Shown here piece after piece: positions 1-13,873 of a stretch of 64,000 bases of DNA. The notes under the pieces are model-generated. The model did no database searches, was not told where the DNA came from, and worked only from the letters and a program-made list of their open reading frames with translations. Position 1 is the first letter of the stretch. Each line of letters starts with the position of its first letter. Source of the DNA: Octopus vulgaris (Eukaryota); contig OX597815.1 in assembly GCA_951406725.2 (NCBI GenBank), forward strand, positions 132,866,001 through 132,930,000. The letters are read 5' to 3'. The position numbers and the translations under genes were made by a program.

Positions 1-189
1 CCCCTATAATGCTCATCAGAAATTTGGTTCCCCCAAAACAATGCAATGGCACACGTTTGATCGTTAAGTCCTTATCTCCCAGCGTAAACTTATATCAATA
101 TTTGCCTGAATAATCATCATAATTCAGTGCAATCATTAACAGTACTTTCAAGCAATTCAGCCCCGAGCAACGCCGGGCAATTCTGCTAG
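1..189 (+). mobile_element. Helitron 3' end with helicase remnant
   Basis: From base 2: PIMLIRNLVPPKQCNGTRLIVKSLSP (Pif1-like RepHel motif). Subterminal hairpin CCCGAGCAACGCCGGG and terminal CTAG followed by T. Confidence 0.85.
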
Positions 190-356
190 TATATATATAT
201 AATGAATTTGTGCTGCAACAACAACAACATGAACGAACACACAAACAGAGAAAGGTACAAGAACATTATCAGAAGGTCAAGAACACCAGCAGCAGCAGAG
301 GATAAAGCGTAGGTGAGGGGAGGATCAAAGCATCACTCAGAACATCGATGATAACA

Positions 357-754
357 TCTTTATATATAAAAGTGAGGTTGTGTGCTGTCTGTCTCCTACG
401 ATTTAGATTCCTAACTACTCCCACATTTTGCGGTGCAGTTTAACCAAAAGCGGGTATCTTATAGTCGTGATTCATATCGAGCCCTTCTAGATATTAGCGC
501 GCGTCTACGATGAGTCTACGATTAAAAAAAAAATTTACCATCAATTTCTCCCATTTTTAATGCATTTTTGGCATATATAAGGGAAGTAACTCTCTAAAAG
601 TTTATTATTAAATCTCAGAACGTAAAAAGCTACAGTAACACCCCCCACCTTTGTGGTTAGCCATATTGAGATGGCTATTATACTTTACATCTCTAAAAAT
701 GCTTATATAGTTATTTCCCTTACAAACCCGAGCAACGCCGGGCGATACTGCTAG
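357..754 (+). mobile_element. Non-autonomous Helitron (~400 bp)
   Basis: A|TC 5' end, hairpin CCCGAGCAACGCCGGG, CTAG|T 3' end, no target duplication. Second copy at 60055-60452. Confidence 0.85.
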
Positions 755-1273
755 TTTAAAATAATATAAAGGACGCAAACCCATATAGACACACGTGAAA
801 CATATAGACACGCACACACACACATACACACACGCATGCACAGACACACACATACACATACACAAATACAGACGCAAATGCATGCGCATATAAGAATACC
901 CGCGATAGAACAAAATGGACTAAGCGGAACTGGAGCATAAACGAGGACAGAAAGTTTCACTGAAGAGTTTACAGGTGTATGAAGAAATATTTCCGGACAA
1001 TGAACATCAACTGAAATAAGAACAGTAATAAATGTATGAAGAACGAATATATTGTGCGTCCCAACCTAAAACTTTTCTCTATCATCTTATTTATTATCCA
1101 TGATGGGACATTTTGCATATCCCTCATCTTTAAGTCACAGCGTTTTTACTCCTTTTTGTTTTTGAAGTCCAATACCTGCATGACAAATCGTTGTAGATTT
1201 AATTACAAGCCCGTCAGTTTTTACCGGTACTATACCAGTACGTGTGTGTGAAAGAGAGAGTGTGAGAGAGAGA

Positions 1274-1279
<6 letters not shown>

Positions 1280-1309
<30 letters not shown>

Positions 1310-1402
1310 CTGTCTGTCTGTGTGTCTGTGTGTCTGTGTCTGTGTGTTTGTGTGTATGTGTGTGTGTGCGTGTGTGTGTGTGTGAGTGTGTGTGTGTGTG
1401 TG
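1280..1402. repeat. (TG)n-rich compound microsatellite
   Basis: Direct inspection. Similar CA/TG, TACA and GA tracts at ~7310-7410, 10697-10895, 28856-28990, 45292-45477, 53724-53794, 55132-55298 and 56495-56588. Confidence 0.95.
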
Positions 1403-3666
1403 CTGCCCATCTTCATAAATACTTGCATGCAAATATAACTACAGAGGCAAGAATTCCTATAGCTATACAGACTAGAATGAAGTAATCACAAACTATATAA
1501 CTCATACAAAGGATTTATGTATTAAATCAATTAACTGTGTAATGGCCATCAAATAGGAATCCATTACTGCAGTGAAGATATTAATTGTCAACAAAGAATG
1601 TATGTTGGAAGTTACATGCGATAAATGGTTCAATCATTCTATCGGTTTGACAACTGATTCAGAAATGCTATTATACCAATAATCAGTGAAATACTTTGTA
1701 CAGAGAAACAATTTAAATAATAACTCGTTGAGTTTCCATTGCTTGAATATCAATTTTGTTATCAATAGGGTGCTATCCGTTGCTAATAGAGAATAAGACG
1801 AAAGAGGAAGAAGATTTTAATTTCTCGTTTAATGCGTTTAGATATAAATATAAGCATAAAATTATGTCTAAAATTCCAAGCTGCCCACTAATATGTAGCA
1901 ACATGTGAACCCAAGACAATTTATGACCTCAATAAAGTTTTAATCTCTAATTCCTAACGACTAACACTACGAACATATAGCCCCTGTATATATATAAGCA
2001 TGCTACTTCCTATTTCTTTCCCTGATAAAATATAAAGCATCTAGTCAAAACAAAACCTTACAATTAGATTCCATGAAACAGTTATAAATTCAATAGATGT
2101 AGATCTCTCATATCATGATGTCATGATGTCACCTAATCACATTCCGTCACGCAGTCTTGTCTTATGTAAATCATAAATATGTAAGTTAGGAAGGAGTTTG
2201 CGAGTTTCAGTTCAACTTTGATACTACTTGACCCCTGGATGAGGTGACGTAGCTACAGTGAAACTAGTTCATACATACTTTCAAGGTAAAGGATCTATTG
2301 TAAACAGACTAAACGTTATTCAGAGCTTAGAATAAGAACTGGTGAGCATTTTGTTTTAATACAGACACAGTCTTCCATTTGATCTCACACTTCAAAGGTG
2401 TATAAAACATAGTAGCTAACCTTGCGGATACAATGTTACCTGATACGTTGAATACAATTATCTATGTCTTGTATTCTTACAACAATATTCATTGAGCAAG
2501 GTGAAGATGTTTAACAGAGGGCGTGAGAAACCCATGGGAGCAACCATTCTCAGTATCAAACCAATAGAAAAAGATACCAATATCGTACAAGCAAAGTCCA
2601 TCTTGTTGCATATTTTATTAGCCACACAGCTATTTGGTGAGTGAACACTAGAATTCAACTGATTACCTGAGAAGAATTCAAAAACCAGTTTCGATCGCTT
2701 TGAATGTTTGATTTGTTAGCTTGTAAAGCAGAATTCCCATCGTACTTGGTTATAACACGAGTGGTAAGTCTTTTGATTTTCCAACCAATTTTTATCACTA
2801 CCATACAAAAATAGTCTAAAGAACAAGATTAATTCTTTCTGAAAGTTGGAATGACAGAAAAAAGATTACAGTATAAATTCTGCGCTCTTTCTCTGTCATT
2901 ACTGACATCGTAATTGAAGTAAAGTAAAATTAATTGAAAGAAAATAGCTATAACTCGGAAATATATCTTCAATTCATCCCCACTGACATTCACTTTAATT
3001 TTATGCTGTTTTTTTAACACACATTCATAATAAATTCCTCGTTTCATTTAATATCTGAATCTTCTGAACCTGTGCTTTCTTTCCATGAGACACTAAACAA
3101 CTTTTCAAATACCATTGAAATTTAAAAGCGTCATGGAACTTGGCAGCTCGAAATAGTGTACTGATCTCTTCTCAGAGTCGCAATCAGATCATTGAAGATA
3201 TTTGCATAACTTATCACTTTTTTCTTTTCCTTCTTCTTCATCATATATTTTTATTTCATGCCTCTACATTTATTTTCTTCCATTTATTTAAATGTCTTTT
3301 GTGTCCATTCCTTCTTTTACATTTCTTTAGACATTTCCTAGTTATTTTTGCTCACTCATTTTCTATTTCCCCTTCTGTTCACTCTCCAGCAATATTTCTT
3401 CTGATGTTTAATGGTTTCTAAATGCAAACATTTTATCACGTGCATTTTTTTCCAATAACAAAAGATATTCTGAATACTCGACTAAAAGGTTTTAACATAA
3501 CTTTGGTATATATTTCATCAGCCGATGATGATGACGTACACCAAAGTTTACAGCATGGTCTGTTTCACACAATATTCTTTATCGTTCCTCAGAAAAGCTC
3601 TTTTCTTTTCTGCTATAAGTCCTGTCTAAAATAAAAAGTTTTCAAAACAATAAATACGGATACTAG

Positions 3667-3942
3667 GGCAGTGAGCTGGCAGAATCATTAGCACACCGGG
3701 CGAAATGCTTAGCAGTATTTCATCTGCCGCTACGTTCTGAGTTCAAATTCCGCCGAGGTCGACTTTGCTTTTCATCCTTTCGGGGTCGATAAAATAAGTA
3801 CCAGCTATGCGCTGGGGTCGATATAATCGACTTAATCCGTTTGTATGTCCTTGTGTGTCCTCTCTGTGTTTAGCCCCTTGTGGGTAGTAAAGAAATAGGT
3901 ATTTCGTCTGTCTTTACGTTCTGAGTTCAAATTCCGCCGAGG
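3667..3942 (+). mobile_element. tRNA-derived SINE family A (Nin/Deu-like core), truncated dimer
   Basis: Head GAGCTGGCAGAA...GAGTTCAAATTCC (A/B-box-like) and core TTTCATCCTTTCGGGGTCGATAAAATAAGTACC, repeated more than ten times in the window. Confidence 0.85.
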
Positions 3943-5559
3943 TATGACAAATTCATACATTCGAGTGTATGACAATATAGAGATAGACGCGTTTCCAAGC
4001 GTCGTACTTGATCGACAAGCAATAGTTAAATCCAAGTGATAGTACACCAATCAAGATATCAATTCTCAGTCGACTACCTCAGATTTGTGACGTATATTAT
4101 ACTCAACCTAGGCAACGATTGTCTACGATTAGTGGGGATAAATTTTATTGAGAAAATTCATTTTATCATTGATTTTACATATACATTTTCACACCCGTTC
4201 CTATTTATCCTAAATCTTATTAAATCCTAATTCTCTCTCTCTCTCTCTCTTATATATATACTTTTATTCTTACACTTATCATTTCCTTCAACTTCCTACT
4301 TTTGCTGATACTACTCTGTGTTTATTCTCTTTTTTATTTCATTTACATAGTTAATTTCTTCCTTTCTTTCTGACAAGAATCTAGACTTGAATACCGATAT
4401 CCTGACAATTTGTAACAATAAAGATAACAGCCTTCAAGTTTATCAAAAACACGAAAATATCCAACAAGACGAATTGACGGTGTCATATGTTTTCCCGTCC
4501 TCCCATCTTCTATTAAAACTATTGAATATAAGAGAACTTACATTCTCATTTTGTTGCCTTTTATTTATTCGGCTCTCGTCGCTTTTGATCTATCTGCTCA
4601 AATTATTGCAGAAAATAATACATTTCAGTTTTTATTAACCTCAGATCCAAAATATTCTTCATAGACGAAAGTACCGGATAATCAAAAGATTTCGTGGCAT
4701 TTTGTTACGAGCTTTTGCTTTGTGATTTCAAGATTTAATTGCAGATGCTGGACTGGATGAATCCTAAAGGACAACGTTTTCCAAATGGCAATCTGTAATT
4801 CTTGGTCATAAAATTGTCTTTTCGTGCAGTTCATTTTGAAAATAGTTGTTCACACAAGATACCGGGCAACCAAGAGATGTTTAAGGCTATCTGTCAGGTT
4901 GATATAAACGCCAAGTTCAGCAAGCTAGGTTTTGTAGAAATCATGTTGAAATACACTTCTTAACTGAACTTCATCCATTTCAAAATTTAATTGTGCAATG
5001 TCCTTTTCCTAATAAGTAGAAGTACTAATTAATTTGAAATCGTCTATATAGGAATATATTTCAGTGACATCAAAGGAAAAGTCTGTTCTTCAATTACATA
5101 TCATAATAACAAATACTATGTTTTCTGTAGGTTGGTTTACTCTGAGTGTAGGTCAAATCATTGTAATCTGATTTTGCTAGTTGGTGTTCCTAGTTTAAGT
5201 TTTGTTTAAAATGCTAGTGTATATTTCCACGTGTCATGTATCAGCTATGCATCTTTAAGTAGCTTAAATGGGATGTTAAATTCATTGGAAATGCCAGGCT
5301 TGAAATCCTTTGGAATCACGAAATTTTATTCTCAAGAAACGTTGATATTTTCTCCCTCCCTACATATGCACTTTCTACTACAATTTGCTGACTTTGTTTT
5401 AGATTTTTATTTAGCAACATGTCTTTATAGGATTAAAAGAAAGAAAAAAAGCATTAAACATATAAAACATCAAATTATCGAGAAAACCCCCAAAACTACC
5501 TCACCAAAGAAACAAAGACAAAGAAAGGGGGTTTGGGGGATTAAGCAGCAAAAGATTAG

Positions 5560-5940
5560 GTAGGGCAGAGTAACTGGTGGATATGATTGCAAAGGTGTTG
5601 CCGCGGAGAATGGCCAGCGACACTCGCTGCAGCAGCCATTCTACCTCGCACTGCTCATTTCTCAGACAGGCTGAAATTATCCCGATTTTGCAGAGTATAT
5701 CTGCAATGCAGGGACCGAGAACATCTGGGGCCCTGATGACGACCAACACAAACATATAGCAGCAGGTCAGGGGGATGTTTTATTTTGTTCTATCTTCCTT
5801 TCTTCTGTATTATGGGCGGCGATACCTGGGTCGGGTCTGTGGCTGATGCAGCAAGTTTGAAGCTGGAGACCATATTGCAATAAGTCGCACAGCAGATGAG
5901 GGATTTGACTCCCTCATATAGGAAGATGATTACTCGAGAT
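5560..5940 (-). mobile_element. CRE-like non-LTR retrotransposon 3' fragment (restriction-like endonuclease), degenerate
   Basis: GVKSLICCATY (cf. GxxLxWDAT) and VLGPCIADILCKIG...EVEWLLQRVSLAILRGNTFAII (cf. QRISLAIQRGNAxxI), frameshifted. GC-richer than its flanks. Confidence 0.7.
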
Positions 5941-7005
5941 TGATTCCCCAAGTCTTTATTGCATTCATTCATACAAAAATATGTAAGGAGAATTGGTAAT
6001 TTTATTTATACTTAGGTTTCAGGGTAATATTGTAATGATTGCAATTAATAGATAGCAATATATTTTTTAATCAAGCATCATTTTTTTCTGCTCAACGTGT
6101 GACGGGCTTTACCGAAATTTCGTTTGAGCATTGAGTGTGGGCCGTAGTTTGTTGGGCACTGATTTAACATTTAAAATAAAATGTTGATAAATCAAATATT
6201 TTTCATTTTGTGGAGAGGGAAGAAGTCGAATAAATAACAGGGTTCGTCTGAAATAATCAGAAGAAAGGCGGCACATACAACACTTCGTGTCTTCGTAATT
6301 AATGGAGGAAATTTTTTTTAGATATGATTAGTAGTCCAAATGCTTGAAATAGAATAAACTCCACGTAAGATATCCAAAGGCGATGTGGTGGCAGTTAACA
6401 AAGGTACATTTTATTTCTACCGCTCACATTCATGCATGCTTCCCATATGTCGTAAGAAGAGATTGTTTGTACCAGGGCTATCGGTATTTAAAAATGACAT
6501 CTATTCATGAAGTAGCTTAAAAACCGAATGTAAAATGAAAGCATAGTGTTTCAAGTATATGCTAATCAAAAGCAACTGGTGGAGCCGAAATTCGGCTCCA
6601 CTACATATTTCAGTAGAATGACAACAAATTAATTAAGTATTCAACTATAAACAAACCTACGATTATTCGAAAGATTTGATTCTGTGTGTGTGCTCGCGCA
6701 TGTGTGTGTGTAAATAAAAATAAAGTGATACGACATGGGAAACGGTAAACAGAAAATTATGATATGGAACATATTTCGTCAGCTGCAGGATTCAAAATGA
6801 AAGCAGTTTCGGTATTCTTAACACACAACACCTTTCGTTTGAGATCGTCAGAAGGTTGGAAATAAAACTAAGACAGTCAAACAATAAGATTTTAGACTTA
6901 TAAAACGTGGGGATAACAACATACTAGTGAGACAAAAAATAGATACACACAAATATACAGACACACATATATGGAGAACGAGAGTGAAAAATAAATGCAT
7001 ACTCT

Positions 7006-7257
7006 CTCTTTTACTTGTTTCAGTCATTTGACTGCGGCCATGCTGGAGCACCGCCTTTAGTCGAGCAACTCGACCCCGGGACTTATTCTTTTTACGACAG
7101 GCTTCTTTCAGTTTCCGTCTACCAAATCCACTCACAAGGCATTGGTCGGCCCGGGGCTATAGCAGAAGACACTTGCCCAAGATGCCACGCAGTGGAACTG
7201 AACTCGGAACCATGTGGTTGGTTAGCAAGCTACTTACTACGCAGCCACTCCTGCGCC
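7006..7257 (-). mobile_element. tRNA-derived SINE family B, internally deleted
   Basis: Head GGAGTGGCTGCGTAGTAAG...GAGTTCAGTTCC, body TTGGGCAAGTGTCTTC...GGATTTGGTAGACGGAAACTG, tail CAGCATGGCCGCAGTC...TGAAACAAGTAAAAGAG. Confidence 0.85.
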
Positions 7258-8039
7258 TATAGATGAACACATTATATATACACACAAACACGCATACACA
7301 CATACACAGACAGATGTATAGATAGAAAGATAGAGAGATAGATAGATAGATAGATACATACATACATACATACATACATACATACATACATACATACATA
7401 CATACATACATTATTGTAATTCTTTATCGCATTCTAAATTTAGCGAGACATATAAATATTTTATGCACACCTGAGTTTTGTTTTGTATTTTACTTGAGAG
7501 ACGCTCTGACTTTTGAATTATTTTCAAGATATTTAGTTTTACATTTTTAAATAGATAAAAATTTTCTCACTTGATGACAGTAAATCAATAACTAAATATA
7601 AATATAAACTAGTAAGTCTTAAGATACTAAAATAAATTAGTAGAAAATAAAATAAGTGATATAATGCCATACGAAAATAGTATTATTTTTTTTCTAACAC
7701 GTTAATATTCTTATTTACATTGAAGCAAGAACTGTATCTTGCTAAGTGATTCTATAAAAGCTCTAACTATAAATGTCCCTTGAGTTATCACTGGAATTTT
7801 CAAGCTGAAACAGTATGTAATCGGCACTATCTTGAAGACGCAATTTTTAAGCTGTTTTTATTTATTTATTTACTTGGAAAATGCTCTGACTTTTTAATTG
7901 TTCTCAAGGTATTTTGTAATATATTTTAAAACAGATAAACATTTTATGGCTTGCTGGTAGCACATGCTTAAAATTCCTTTAGGTTTCGCCGGAAATATAT
8001 CGCCCCCACCACGAACACCACTTATCACACACATAAATT

Positions 8040-8880
8040 GATTTGAACTTTGGCACAAGGCCAGCAATTCAGGGCAAGGCGATAAGTCTGTTACGTCGAC
8101 CACGGTGTTCAACTGGTATCTTATTTTATAGATCCTAGAAGGCTGAAAGGCAAGGTATTGACTTCGGCAGAATTTGAACTCAGACTGAAACGAAAGATGA
8201 AATGCCGCTAAGCAATTTGCACTACGCGTTAATGTTTCTAGCAACAGCTTAAATCAGGTCCATAAATTAAATCTTATCAACGAAACGTTTAAAGTGTTGT
8301 AATGTTCACCTTATCAGTCTATAGAGATTGCTTAATACAAAAATAGAGATTATACTACCGGATTCGTTTATCGACTTCTGCTACTTAATATCAGTCAGCA
8401 CATGTACATTTCTAGGATCTTTATATCCTCAAAGTATTTTTGTCCTTAAAGTAATCATTTTAATTTTGGCACAAAACCAGCATTACTGAGGTGGAGCGAA
8501 CAAATTGATTGTACCGTACTCAAAATTTGTCTATTATTTATTTTATCGATCTCTGAAAGGGCGGCAGGCAAAGTCGACTTCTGCACAATTTTATGCTCAG
8601 AATGAAATGCCGTTAAGTATTTTGACCGGCGTGCTAATATTTCTGCCAACTCACCGCTTTATCCGTTAAGAGTAATAATAGTTTCAAATTCTGGCAAAAT
8701 GCCAGCAATTTAGGGGGCGGATAAGTCGATTAGCTCAACCCCAGTGCACAGCTGGTATTTATTTTATCAACCTAGAAATTATAGAAGGCAAAGTCTGCGT
8801 TGGTGGAAATTGAACTTGGAACTTAAAGATAGACAAATGCCGCTAAACATTTGTCAAGCGTGCTTGCGATCCTAGCAGCT
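8040..8880 (-). mobile_element. Cluster of three degenerate SINE family A copies
   Basis: Reverse-complement matches to family A at ~8040-8245, ~8460-8660 and ~8680-8880. Confidence 0.75.
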
Positions 8881-10814
8881 ATCCATTGTATGTGAAATAT
8901 AATCACACACAAAATTCATACATACATTCATACTCAATCAGTTACGGACTTATCCTTATATAGGAATGTTGCATCACAAAGATTTACTCACATACAAATC
9001 TTAGAGGTGAAAAATGAAGTTCATAAGTAGGTGGTGGCTAGTTACGGTAAGTGCCAAATATCTGTCAATCAGCTTGATATAGCACTCCAACAAACAGATT
9101 TCCCTGTACAACACCTCCTACCTCAATTTTCACAACATCTATCCTTTCAAATTATATCTCAACTCAAATGTCCTACACAGGCTTTCCATCTCTTGCACTA
9201 CACAATAATATCGAAACTATTCAAACACTATTTTATACACTTATTGTAATCTTTTCTTTTTTTTTTTTTTCACTTTCCTGTTTTGTCACTCATTCTGATC
9301 AAATCGCACACTGCTGTAAACTCCGTACTTCCTATCTACAGTATAATCCAAATCTTTATCGCATCACGAAAAATAACTATACATCCATTATTGAACAATA
9401 TTTCTTTTATTTTTTCCGACCACTTGTTAATATACGTTCTTTAAGTATTTACATGTCATATGTCAGAATATATTTGCTAAATATTGGAAATTCTGTCAAT
9501 ATTACGTGAATTGAATGTCATCCGCTATGATGAATGTTATTGGCTTCATTTACAGCACATTAAACTATTGGAATCACGTATCGTTTCTACCAATTCTTAT
9601 TTTCTTTAAAATTAAAGTGCTAAAGATGGTAGGTTCTGTGTACTGTTGTTTTAAATATTTTGCGCCAGTTGCTAAACGCACAGAAGAATTCAAGTTTACA
9701 CCCCAAAATAATCTTTCATGTGTTTCTCTTTCTCTCATCATCCCTACTTTTACTCCATCCTATACCTCACGGTAGATCTTTGCTCAAACTTTCCCCATAA
9801 ATCTGTTGTCCTTTGATACTTCCTATCGTCATACGTCTTCCCTGTCGCCATCAACTTTAACACGTTCAATAGTTTGTTTGGTTCATAAAGCGGAATTGTT
9901 TTCATCTTTTTCATTGAATCAGAAAAAAGAAAATTTCTCCCTCTACACTCTGAGTTTTATTGAATCAATATGACCTCCTTATTCCTATCTACAAATTTAC
10001 AAAATGAATTTATTTAAGCCTCAAATTAGCCATGTGATAAATTAATAAATCTACATTACTGAAAACAATATTTGCCTCAAGTGGCCACGGAAATTCAAAC
10101 AGAGCCTGCACCCACCATAAATCCTAACGATGGATTTGTACCAGACATAAACGACATAAAGAGACTGTCTTCCACTTGCAATTCCGTATAACAGTGTACG
10201 CGTATATTGTCATCATAAAATTGTTTGCAGCAGCAAAGGTCCGTATCTTCATTAGTGACATGTATGTCAGGTACTTAATTCAGCATCATGAAGTAGTTGA
10301 GATTTTAACTTGAAAAATACTGGATGAGATGTAAATAATTTAAATAATTCAGTTTGTCACACTTAATCGTTTTCCCAAACTGTTTTTTTTCTTTAAAAAC
10401 AAAACTATTTCAAACAGTTTCACTTTAATTAGTTACTTTAAATTCAATAGTATCTTTCTTCTTTTTATGGTGATGAAGTCTAAAAGAGCTTTTATACTCA
10501 TAGAATCAAATAAGAGGATTCTGGTGAAAATACATCACAGAAACCACATTTAAAATCAATTTACTAATTCCTGTTACATAAGGAATAATTCATCAGTTTT
10601 AGAATGACTTTGCAGTAAAGAAACAAACATGATAAAGACTCTTCATTCATTCAGTTTAGTCGAACATATTCACGCCACTGTATTCACTACATATAAGTGT
10701 GTATGTGTGTGTGTGTGAATTTATGTATGTATATATGTATGCATGTATGTATGTATGTACGTATGTATGTATGTATGTATGTATGTATGTATGTGTGTAT
10801 GTATGTATGTATGC

Positions 10815-10859
<45 letters not shown>

Positions 10860-13689
10860 CACATACATACATGCATGTATGTATGTATACATATATAGTC
10901 TTACACGTATAGTCTTCCTGTTAAGCGATTAACTACCATCTTACCTAGAGCTAGTATGTTACCCTATTAACCAGAAACCTTATCCCCTACCTCCCTCTCC
11001 TTCTCCCTCTCTTCTAACAAATTCTAACTACTACCACGGCTATATTTTCTCTTTTTCTCCTGCTCCTGTCGTTCGCCCCTCTAAATTTTTTTTGATTTTG
11101 CTTAAATGAAATTTACAGAGTGCCAAAACATATTTATTTATTTATTCATTTTACAGTAAACATAGTAAATAACCACAGCCTAAATTCACAAAGACCTTCC
11201 CCTAGCCATATTTAATGTTACCAATTTTTCTCCCAAATCTTCCCCTCTCCTTTTCCTTATTTTAATTTTTTTTCATATTCTTAACAACTTTAAACATTTA
11301 CCAACCACCATATATTATTTTGTTCGCACATATGCCTTCCTCTTTGTTCTCCCTCTGTGCTATGAGTTAACATGGGATCTCTTGACAAGAATGTAACCGT
11401 CATCTAACTAAAGTATCTTCAGCCTGATAAGTAGCTAGTGGAGTACCCCTCGTTGAGTAATTATTACTTTGGAAGTTTTGCTTGCTAGGAAACACATATA
11501 GCCTGGATTTTACCTACTCCATTCTCTAAACTGGGATTTTTATTCGCATACACAGCAACACCAATAGCTAATCCTGAACTCTAAAATAACTTTTTTCAGC
11601 TTATCGAAAAAATTATAACTTTCTACGTCAATAAAACACAATTGTTCCTGAAAGTTGCTTTTTCATACCTTCTTCGGACTGCTCGATGCTTACTAACTTC
11701 ATATACCTGGATCCTTTGTAAAGTTTCAGTTAATTACGTCTCTATACATTTTAAGTTAATTTCCTGAGAAAAAAACTATTGTTTTTCATCCTTTGCATCC
11801 AGAGTCGATATAATAAGTACCTGCTAGTTACCAGGCGGCACTAATTTACTGTATCGTCCTACATTCTTTCAAATATGTTTTGTTGCTTTTATATTAGTAG
11901 TCACTTCTTAATATAAGAGAGTTGCGATGCCAGATTAATCGTAGCGATGTTCGGATATATTCCTTTAAGATTAGTTTTGTAAATAATTGTTTTTCATTAT
12001 TTCTGTATCGATAAAAGAGTACCAGCAATGTACTGGTCTACTATAATAGAGTTATCAATTACTATTAATCAATTAAACTAATTAAACTTAACGAATCCAT
12101 TTACTATGAATTCATATGAAATGGAGAAAGACATAGATAAAAATTTGACTATATGTAGATGAGCTGTTGGCTTGAAATACATTATTCGTTCATTACTCTG
12201 AAAGAAGTATCAAGCTCAGAACGCAAGATAAAACCATTCATATTCCTTCGTCCTCTGAAACAGATTTCTTTATCTTTCACACGACGAAATATAATTTAAC
12301 TTGAATTCTGATTTAGAAAGAAGAATATGACGTTTTGGGAAAGGAAAAAGGGATTTGTATCGTGTTCATACTTTTCTAATACATATTGATGCTGTAACTG
12401 CTGCTATTTGTTCCCGGTAATTCGGATGCAATTCACCTCACGACTCTAAGGTAATGGATTCGATTCTTGGACCAAACGGCGTATTTTGTTCTTGAGCAAG
12501 GTATTTCATTTCACATTGCAGATGAAGAACAACAATAAGCACTTGTTCGACAGAATTCACCACACATAAAACCATTGTTATCAAGAAACGCTATCACATA
12601 GGTTTAAATTTCTGTCAGTAACTGAAGAAACAGACTATATCTTGCCCGTCATGTTCCTAAAACACTAGTTTAATTTATTTATAAGAACAGAGTTAATTCA
12701 TATTGTATTTTATTTTATCTATTTATTTATTGTGAATGAAATTTCAAGACATTCTATAGAAGCATCAACATCACGATTGTATTTACGATATCTAATTAAA
12801 CAGCCAGAGCACTACCAATTAATACTACAATTTATCTACCAAAGAGGTAGCCTGTTATTTGTTTGCCCAGCCTGTGAAAGCTATCAGCCAAATGACCCTC
12901 AGATGAAGCCTTGGTGTCTTAAAGACGAAAGAAAATATTACACAGTGATTATAGATATGCAAAAATGCAAGACGGATGGTCACCGCTGGCGTCCCTTTGA
13001 TTATCAGCTTGTTTCGATCAGGAATTTCCTGGTACTAACCAGCAAAACAACGCGATACAAATAAAATTTTTACAAACAGGTTATAAGAAAGTGCCAAATG
13101 CCATAATGATTTCTCTGGCAGACACAAGGGTTTAACTCAACTCGATTGTGTCTACACTATATTTATCAGAAAACTCACTTTTCCAAAGAAGTTGTTTGTG
13201 TCTGTAGCATAGTGCATTGCATTGTCCTATTTCCATTTCCTTGGTGAGTTTTATATTCACCGTTACTATATTATATTATCACCGTTACTATATTATTAAA
13301 CGGTTCTAGGATCGATTAAATTGATTATTCCTCCTAACGAATTCATGTATTTTTTCTTTTTTAGTGGGGGATGAAAGTAATAACGGTTAGTTATTCATGA
13401 ATACAAATGTGCTTCATTTACAAACTAAATATAAGTGCTTAAGAATAGGGGAAAACATGAACGAATGTTTCTTCTTGTGGTTTATCGTTTTGAACTATAT
13501 ATTACGCTTGCTATTGTTATGCATGAAATTTGGTACTTATGCTGTTACTGCTTCCTTCATTAAAAATCCATATGAATTTCTTCCAAACTGATTCCAAACC
13601 AAAGCGTTTAATAAACTGTAAAACAGTTGAAAGTCTCCTGTATTAACACACAAATATATTTAAAAAGAAATCTACTAATATATACGCAG

Positions 13690-13873
13690 GTGGAGAAAAA
13701 ACTGGTGGTTGCCCAACGGATTGTTTTGAAATCTATAATACACAAACTGATGTATGGAAAGCAGGAAGTCGATTGCCGTCACCTCGTGTTTGGATTTCCT
13801 GTACATTGTTATCAGAAAAATCACTTTTTGCAGCAGGAGGAACATTAAAAGGAAAAGGTCGGAATAACTTCTG
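13690..13873 (+). CDS. Kelch-repeat protein, first exon recognised in the window (internal exon)
   Basis: Acceptor tatacgcAG, donor TG|GTATGT. 184 nt, phase 1 to phase 2. Reads GGEKTGGCPTDCFEIYNTQTDVWKAGSRLPSPRVWISCTLLSEKSLFAAGGTLKGKGRNNF(W), with the Kelch GG...Y......W....LPSPR...GG pattern. Confidence 0.9.

Noticed and set aside
608-1485. ORFs rich in CV/HT/YI dipeptides, here and at ~10.7, 25, 30, 36.5, 42, 45.4, 58.5 and 59.6 kb
   Set aside because: They are translations of microsatellites, which lack stop codons by construction.
955-2275. Hammerhead-like words at ~960 (CTGAAGA...GAAAT) and ~2235 (CTGGATGA...GAAACTAGT)
   Set aside because: Stem I and stem II pairing are too poor to separate from chance.
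10082-10191. Protein-looking frame ATEIQTEPAPTINPNDGFVPDINDIKRL
   Set aside because: Short, poor acceptor, ends in a stop, and no recognisable family.
12732-13064. 110-aa ORF close to the first Kelch exon
   Set aside because: No Kelch or BTB pattern and no usable splice pair. It overlaps an old repeat with apparent relatives near 51820-52020 and 62040-62240.
13080-13243. Possible exon ending at a strong GTGAGT donor
   Set aside because: The frame needed to join the phase-1 acceptor at 13690 has a stop 10 codons upstream, and the other frames are not Kelch-like. It could only be non-coding.
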